Part shown: in pieces, positions 8,244-13,453 of the stretch | Numbering within the stretch: the first letter of the stretch is position 1 | How the letters are laid out: each line of letters starts with the position of its first letter | Source: Myxococcota bacterium | GTDB lineage: Bacteria > Myxococcota > XYA12-FULL-58-9 > JABJBS01 | Assembly (NCBI GenBank): GCA_036339465.1 | Contig: JAYZAY010000080.1 | Coordinates: 1-13,453 of the forward strand | Reading direction: 5' to 3' | DNA: 13,453 nucleotides | Notes under the pieces: model-generated | Seen by the model: only the letters and a program-made list of their open reading frames with translations | Databases searched by the model: none | What the model was told of the DNA's origin: nothing | Made by a program: the position numbers and the translations under genes

Positions 8244-11200
8244 CTACTTCTTTTCGTCTCCTAAGAAGTATTGCACAGTTCCATACTCGACCCCACGAAG
8301 ATGGTCCTTCTTCTCCTTTTTAACATCCGATATCAGCTTTCGAACTGCGTCATAACAGAAAGGAAGTATCCCGAAAATACTTTCTTGAAATAGGTGGTCT
8401 TCGTCAATTGTTCGCAGGGTTTTTCTCTTTCTTAACATGGGAATTCCGAGACCGAAAATCAATCGTTTTTTACTTATGCTGTATTCATTGAAGTAATTAA
8501 TTTTACATTGCGTGAATTTCTGCCCCGTGGCGGCCTCGAACCATTGTCTGTTTTTTGGTGTCGAATACAATAAGCTATGAGTCAGGCTTCGGTGGAACCT
8601 GTTACGATAGCGCTGGTCACTTAGTATTTTCCGGATAAAAAGTTCCCATTGGTCGAGATGTTGCTTCCGATTTTGGGGCTGATTTTCTAATGGCATTTTT
8701 TCATCAAAGAAAAGCTCATAAAGAGAGTGTGCATAGCTTAACTTATCGCCGGAGAAAACAATGTTTTTTTTGTGTTGATTTAACTCTGAAATATGCCTTT
8801 GTAGTTCCCTATACTTAGATGAATTAATGTATTTCCTTGTTGCTCTATTAGCTTCTGACTTACCTGAAAGGTCGACTGAAACTTCCTGGAAATCAATATA
8901 TTCACGGTAGATTTTAAAATTCCCTTTTCTCATATAGGCATTCTTCGCTTCTACAAAAGTTCGTATTTTCAGGGTCTGGTTGTCCTTTGTGTTATTATGA
9001 GATTCTATATTTTTCAACATCATCAAATTATAGCTCTCATATATCTCCTTGAGATCTTCGAAAGTAAAGAATTTAGAGAAACGTTTTCCTATGATGGTTT
9101 CTCGAATGCTGTCGCCTCCAGCACCCCAAAGAGTCGCTCCGAGGCCTGCTGAAGAGAAAATGGTTTTGAGTGTTTCTAAAGCTGAAAGGACGCTGGCGGG
9201 CACGGTAGTTCCGCATGTAACAATAGATGAGCAAATAGTTCCGAGAGCCATCATCGTTTGCCCTGCTACGAGACAGGCGTTTAGCGCGACGCCGGTTTGT
9301 ATTGCATGGCGTTCTCGGGCCATGAAATCCGCACAATCTTTCAGGCAATCATTGAGGTTGGCTACACTTTGTTGAGTGTTATCTATATTTTGCGCTTGGA
9401 TAACGCGATTTTGAATTTCCTTTAAGTCTTTTGCTTCTGAAAGAAGACTGCCGGTTTTTTGGGCAGATGCGAGGGCACACATGATTTGTCCGGCTGCCGC
9501 AAAAGGATTTGCAAGCATATTTAGATAATCGGTAAAGGCGGTGCTGTTCGCTGCTGTAGCGGTGATAGCCCCTAGATTACGGAAGGAGCGTGTAGCCATA
9601 TCGATTCCACCGACGACAAAATGAATATTGAGACCAGCCGCCATACAAAAGATGGCTCGATGCATGAGTTTAGACTCTTTAATTTCGCCGGAGAGATTAT
9701 CCGATTCTTCATCGAGAATTTGCGTAAGTGATTTCAATATATGGTCTAGAAGTAAGGGAGATTGGGTTTCTTTAAAGCGTTTGAAATCATGTCTTAAACG
9801 TTCCACCTCCAAACCTTCTAGATCTGGTTCGAGTAGAATCGTGTCAATGCAGCGGATTATGGTTTCCAGCCTTCTTTTAGGAGAAACTCCCCTCTGAGAT
9901 ATCTCGATGAACGTTTTCAGGGTATTGATTAGCCTATGCTGTTTTCTGGAATCACGAAGTGAGCTTGATTCGTTCCGGATGGCGTCATTAAGCATATCAA
10001 TCGCCATAGGTAGGATCATGAAGGTTGAGACCCCTTCGGCGACTTGGGTTGATTCTTTGTTGGTGGCTAGAACGAGGTCTAAATCATCAGCACCGTCCAC
10101 GAAAATAGAGTTCTGATCGAATTTGAGTCCGTGATCTTTGATATCATGAGCAAACTCGGCGCTTCGCAATGCAAGTTGGGGGATCCCTAAACCCCATTTC
10201 CAATAAAGTTTTTTAAGAAGACCTGGTTTCCCTTTTATTGTGAGAGCAAGATTCGAGTCGGTCTCAAGTATCCGGATCATCTCGGACCGGTGAGTAAAGT
10301 AACGTCCTGGTCTATCAATGTTTTTATAAGTGAAAGTGCCTGTGCCTTTGTCATATTTTAGGCTTCTGAATATACGCAACTGGGGTCTCGAATTGATGAA
10401 TTTGCGTATAGGGATCTCGTTATCGAGAACCTTTTGCAATTTGACATTACTAATAGCTCTTCCGAGTATTTGTTTAATCGGACGCGGGTATGTAACTGAA
10501 CTGTCCCTTGAATCTTTTTGAAGGGCGACCATTCCGGAAGTGTTAAGATGAATACGGGATTGTTTGAGTAACCGTGGGGAGTGGTTATAGTCTATTTCCG
10601 GGTGTTTTTGTTTTAGGCTATAGAGTGCAGCCAGGAGAAAATCTCTATTCTTTTTTGCTTCGCTTCGTTTCTTAGGATTTATGGAGTGAAGGCCTTTAAA
10701 CTTGATTTTGAAGTATTGTTTCCCAGCATTGAGTTCGAGCATGAAGTGAAGATTCTCAATTTTGTTTAATGATATATTTTCATAAAGAGCGGCGTTTTCT
10801 TCGAGGGCATCGAGTAAGTTTGCGGCCGAGTTAATCTCTTTGGATACAGAGCGCTTCTGTGAGGTGTGCTGAAGTGGTGCGTTGTGGCGTTTGAATTCTA
10901 ATTCACTCGAATAAGATATTTCCTTAGTCAATCCGTAGTGATTGGTTTTTTGCTCCTTGCTTCTTGGTTTTGGAATGGACGGTCCGCAAGGTCTCTTAAC
11001 GCGTTTGGCGATGAATGCACCGTCAAATCGAAATATGTTTGTTCCGAGACAATAGTAATGACGATTACCATTGTCATCTTTCCAGTGAAAGCCGTCGATT
11101 TGACTGAGACCGGTGGTGTAATCTTTCCGGTATTCGGACTTGATTGATGTCCCCCTTTCCTCGTAACCAAGGAATTGGCAGTGTTGATTATTACTGAAGA

Positions 11201-11456
11201 AGTGTTCGATGGTTTTTAGGTGAAACAAACGTTGTTGTAGACTAGATTTTTTAGGAGTGTGTTTCTCTTCCAGGCCTTCTAGCTTTTCGACTCTTTCCCG
11301 GCGCTCTTGTGTTGTCTCGCGGGCCAAAGTGAATGGCGTCGTTAAGTTCGGTTTTGATAATACCATAGTGCGTTCCCCCGGACTAAAGTGTTTCGATTTG
11401 CTATCCTCTAGGTTAATTTCTTTTGGTGAGTCGAGAGGCTTTGAGCGGACAAACAT
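8244..11456 (-). CDS. Large hypothetical protein with hydrophobic segments and coiled-coil-like stretches (possible membrane-inserting or secreted protein)
   Basis: Uninterrupted 1070-codon ORF with no family motif I recognise. An alternative start at Met31 (ATG 11366) has a better RBS (GGGGGA). Gly/Ala-rich hydrophobic blocks lie at about 9990-10044, 9595-9657 and 9114-9294. No Sec-type signal peptide is visible. Confidence 0.85.
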   Translation of the reverse strand: MFVRSKPLDSPKEINLEDSKSKHFSPGERTMVLSKPNLTTPFTLARETTQERRERVEKLEGLEEKHTPKKSSLQQRLFHLKTIEHFFSNNQHCQFLGYEERGTSIKSEYRKDYTTGLSQIDGFHWKDDNGNRHYYCLGTNIFRFDGAFIAKRVKRPCGPSIPKPRSKEQKTNHYGLTKEISYSSELEFKRHNAPLQHTSQKRSVSKEINSAANLLDALEENAALYENISLNKIENLHFMLELNAGKQYFKIKFKGLHSINPKKRSEAKKNRDFLLAALYSLKQKHPEIDYNHSPRLLKQSRIHLNTSGMVALQKDSRDSSVTYPRPIKQILGRAISNVKLQKVLDNEIPIRKFINSRPQLRIFRSLKYDKGTGTFTYKNIDRPGRYFTHRSEMIRILETDSNLALTIKGKPGLLKKLYWKWGLGIPQLALRSAEFAHDIKDHGLKFDQNSIFVDGADDLDLVLATNKESTQVAEGVSTFMILPMAIDMLNDAIRNESSSLRDSRKQHRLINTLKTFIEISQRGVSPKRRLETIIRCIDTILLEPDLEGLEVERLRHDFKRFKETQSPLLLDHILKSLTQILDEESDNLSGEIKESKLMHRAIFCMAAGLNIHFVVGGIDMATRSFRNLGAITATAANSTAFTDYLNMLANPFAAAGQIMCALASAQKTGSLLSEAKDLKEIQNRVIQAQNIDNTQQSVANLNDCLKDCADFMARERHAIQTGVALNACLVAGQTMMALGTICSSIVTCGTTVPASVLSALETLKTIFSSAGLGATLWGAGGDSIRETIIGKRFSKFFTFEDLKEIYESYNLMMLKNIESHNNTKDNQTLKIRTFVEAKNAYMRKGNFKIYREYIDFQEVSVDLSGKSEANRATRKYINSSKYRELQRHISELNQHKKNIVFSGDKLSYAHSLYELFFDEKMPLENQPQNRKQHLDQWELFIRKILSDQRYRNRFHRSLTHSLLYSTPKNRQWFEAATGQKFTQCKINYFNEYSISKKRLIFGLGIPMLRKRKTLRTIDEDHLFQESIFGILPFCYDAVRKLISDVKKEKKDHLRGVEYGTVQYFLGDEKK

Positions 11457-11844
11457 TCTTCAGCTTCATTGAGCCCCCCTTTGTCTTTTCTGTTTCGTCA
11501 CAAGAGCCCAAGTACTCCATACCGGCTGCCTGGCTAGTCTGGATTTCATGGCTCCCTGGAATTATCGAGGTTTCTTCTCTGGGGTTGTTGGATTTCATCG
11601 ACTCTCGATAGATTCTCAATATTGGCCAATAAGCAACGTGGTTATTGGCACGCGTTAAGCGTGCAAAGGCTCGGCGAACCACAAATCAAACACCATGTCC
11701 GCCGCATTGACGCCAGTTGTGTTTAGTATGTCAACGGAAAAGCCTAGCGGGATCTCATTATTCCCAAACATGGAAGGGTGAATAAAATGAGCCAACCACC
11801 CTTTTTATTTCAGTTTATCTGTTTGTTTTGTACTGCTTTGTCGG

Positions 11845-11869
11845 ATTGTCACTATTTATAGTGCACAAT
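11845..11869. promoter_or_regulatory. Imperfect palindrome upstream of the kinase gene
   Basis: ATTGT-CACTAT-TT-ATAGTG-C-ACAAT (11-bp arms, one bulged base) in the divergent intergenic region. Confidence 0.3.
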
Positions 11870-11946
11870 TATTTTTGAGTACCGATACTCTCCCAAAGAG
11901 GGCTTTTTCCGCCCCATGTTATGAAAATCGAAGAATTGGGGGAACC

Positions 11947-13071
11947 ATGCCAAACAATTTTCGGACTCGACGCGACCAAGCTCCTATATCAAAACGACTT
12001 GCAAGGCTTGCGCAGCCTCGGAATCGTGTTCGCGCCTCAAACGGGCCTGTTGCCGGCTATGGTGTTCGACTCCCAATGATCAGGCCTTTTCGTAGACCAG
12101 ACATAAAAAATCAACACAAGAAAGCAGTTATCTATCAGTATCATAAGAAGTCAAAGCCCTCGGGAAGAGTTGAATTACCAGCGATTCATAACGACCACCG
12201 ACGTCAACCACCCACGGACCGTTACGAACGCCCGGGCCATGTAGAAACGAAGGCCAAAATTCTACCACCGATTAAAATCCGTCCTAGATCCCCCAAGGAG
12301 TATCGTCTTAGGGCAGCAAATAAATTGGGTGAGGGATCATTCGGTGCGGTTTATAGGGTAAGCAGCCCGACATCGGGACGGGAACTTGCGGTCAAACGGG
12401 TGGTATTTCGGAAGCAAAATCTATCCTTAGAGGAACAGCGCAAGGTTAAAACAGAAGCTTTGAAGGAAGCCAAAATCCTGAAGATGTTAGACCATCCGCA
12501 TATTGTAAAGCAGGAGCATTGTAAACTTTACCCTAAGAGTTTACGGATTGTCTTGGAGCTCATCGACGGAAGCGACTTAAAAAAATATCTCGAAAAGTAT
12601 GGACCATTGTCGGAAGCGGCGGCGAAGCCGCTGTTTAAGCAAATTATTCAGGCGGTTGCCTACTGTCACCGTAAGGGTGTCGTCCATCGTGATTTAAAGC
12701 CCGCCAACATCATGCTAACCAAAGATGGCCAGATTAAAGTCGTTGATTTTGGGGTTTCTAGGAAACTAGGACACACTAATTTAGCCAGAACCTGTATCGG
12801 GACACCTTTGTTTGTCGCCCCCGAGAAGAACGGTGGCGCCTATGATGCAAAGGCCGCGGATGTTTGGGAAGCCGGAATGACGCTCTATTTCTTGCTCGTC
12901 AACCCTCCGAAGACGATGTGGGCCAAAGATCGCAAAGCGGTTATGTGGGAAGCCTCAAAAGCCAAATCCTTAAGCCGTGAATGCAAATCACTGTTGAGAT
13001 CAATGCTTGCTACGAATCCACGCTCTAGGATGACTATGGAACAAATACTTTCGTGTCCTTGGTTTAGATAA
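11947..13071 (+). CDS. Eukaryote-like Ser/Thr protein kinase (CAMK group / AMPK-MARK-like) with basic N-terminal extension
   Basis: Complete Hanks motifs: LGEGSFGAV, AVK, alphaC Glu (EAKIL), HPHIV, YCHRKGVVHRDLKPANIML, DFG, TCIGTPLFVAPE, DVW and LSRECKSLLRSMLATNPRSRMTMEQILSCPWF. ATG 11947 (RBS GGGGGA, 374 aa) is preferred to the track's TTG at 11875. No TM or PASTA domains. Confidence 0.93.
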   Translation: MPNNFRTRRDQAPISKRLARLAQPRNRVRASNGPVAGYGVRLPMIRPFRRPDIKNQHKKAVIYQYHKKSKPSGRVELPAIHNDHRRQPPTDRYERPGHVETKAKILPPIKIRPRSPKEYRLRAANKLGEGSFGAVYRVSSPTSGRELAVKRVVFRKQNLSLEEQRKVKTEALKEAKILKMLDHPHIVKQEHCKLYPKSLRIVLELIDGSDLKKYLEKYGPLSEAAAKPLFKQIIQAVAYCHRKGVVHRDLKPANIMLTKDGQIKVVDFGVSRKLGHTNLARTCIGTPLFVAPEKNGGAYDAKAADVWEAGMTLYFLLVNPPKTMWAKDRKAVMWEASKAKSLSRECKSLLRSMLATNPRSRMTMEQILSCPWFR

Positions 13072-13137
13072 GTCTCATCTTCCCCCCATTCCCAAAAAAA
13101 TAGTGTTGCCTCAGGTCCTTAGCAGGGTCTCAAGTCC

Positions 13138-13453
13138 CCAACACGCAGCCTGGTTATTGAGCCTGTCAACACGGCACTCAACACGAGCACTCAACACGGG
13201 CACTCAACAGGCAGCGTGGTTTTGGCACTCAACAGGCACTCAACACGGGCACTCAACACGCAGCGTGGTTATTGGGCACTCAACACGCAGGCACTCAACA
13301 CGCAGAGGCACTCAACACGGGCACTCAACACGCAGAGCACTCAACACGCAGCGTGGTTATTGGCATGGTTTTTGCGATGCGTTAAGGAGCACTCAACACG
13401 CAGCTTGGTTATTGGCCAGCTTGGTTATTGGCATGGTTTTTGCGATGGGTTAA
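13138..13453. repeat. Irregular tandem array of nested, variably truncated copies of one ~50-bp unit
   Basis: GCACTCAACA starts at 13174, 13187, 13200, 13225, 13236, 13249, 13276, 13291, 13308, 13321, 13337 and 13389. The longest clean unit is GCACTCAACACGCAGCGTGGTTATTGGCATGGTTTTTGCGATGCGTTAAG (from 13337). Degenerate partial copies occur at 13138 and 13166. The array runs off the window end. Confidence 0.92.

Noticed and set aside
9049..11472. Short ORFs overlapping the 1070-aa gene
   Set aside because: They are antisense or alternative-frame shadows with no independent coding evidence.
11860..11890. Sigma-28-like promoter (ACCGATAC) upstream of the kinase
   Set aside because: The -10 resemblance is partial and there is no TAAA -35 element at the expected spacing.
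11875..11946. TTG start for the kinase given in the ORF track
   Set aside because: There is no RBS; ATG 11947 has a GGGGGA Shine-Dalgarno.
13138..13453. CRISPR array
   Set aside because: The repeat core is only 10-12 bp, the intervening sequences are pieces of the same unit rather than unique spacers, the spacing is irregular, and there are no cas genes in the window.
13103..13453. 116-aa ORF as a real protein
   Set aside because: It is a translation of the DNA repeat in shifting frames (HSTR/ALNT/TQH); most unit lengths are not multiples of 3 and there is no RBS.

Overview
This bacterial window has two halves. The left half is metabolic. It opens with a membrane sensor-like gene missing from the ORF track (<1..883, minus strand, open at the window edge). 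Next comes a heavily decayed LysR regulator pseudogene (1569..2174, minus), divergent from an intact phnW-phnA-phnY operon for 2-aminoethylphosphonate (AEP) catabolism via phosphonoacetate (2330..6157). A convergent betaine-homocysteine methyltransferase follows, whose sequence is strikingly like the animal enzyme (6614..7741). The right half looks accessory or host-interaction related. It holds a ~1040-1070 aa protein I cannot assign, with hydrophobic segments alternating with coiled-coil-like stretches (8244..11456, minus). That gene is divergent from a soluble eukaryote-like Ser/Thr kinase (CAMK/AMPK-MARK-like) with a long basic N-terminal extension (11947..13071). The window ends in an unusual non-CRISPR array (13138..13453): 12 copies of a unit that all begin at GCACTCAACA but stop at different points, mostly at an internal CACG-CAG-CGTG hairpin. 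No database searches were run. Family calls rest on motifs recognised from memory.
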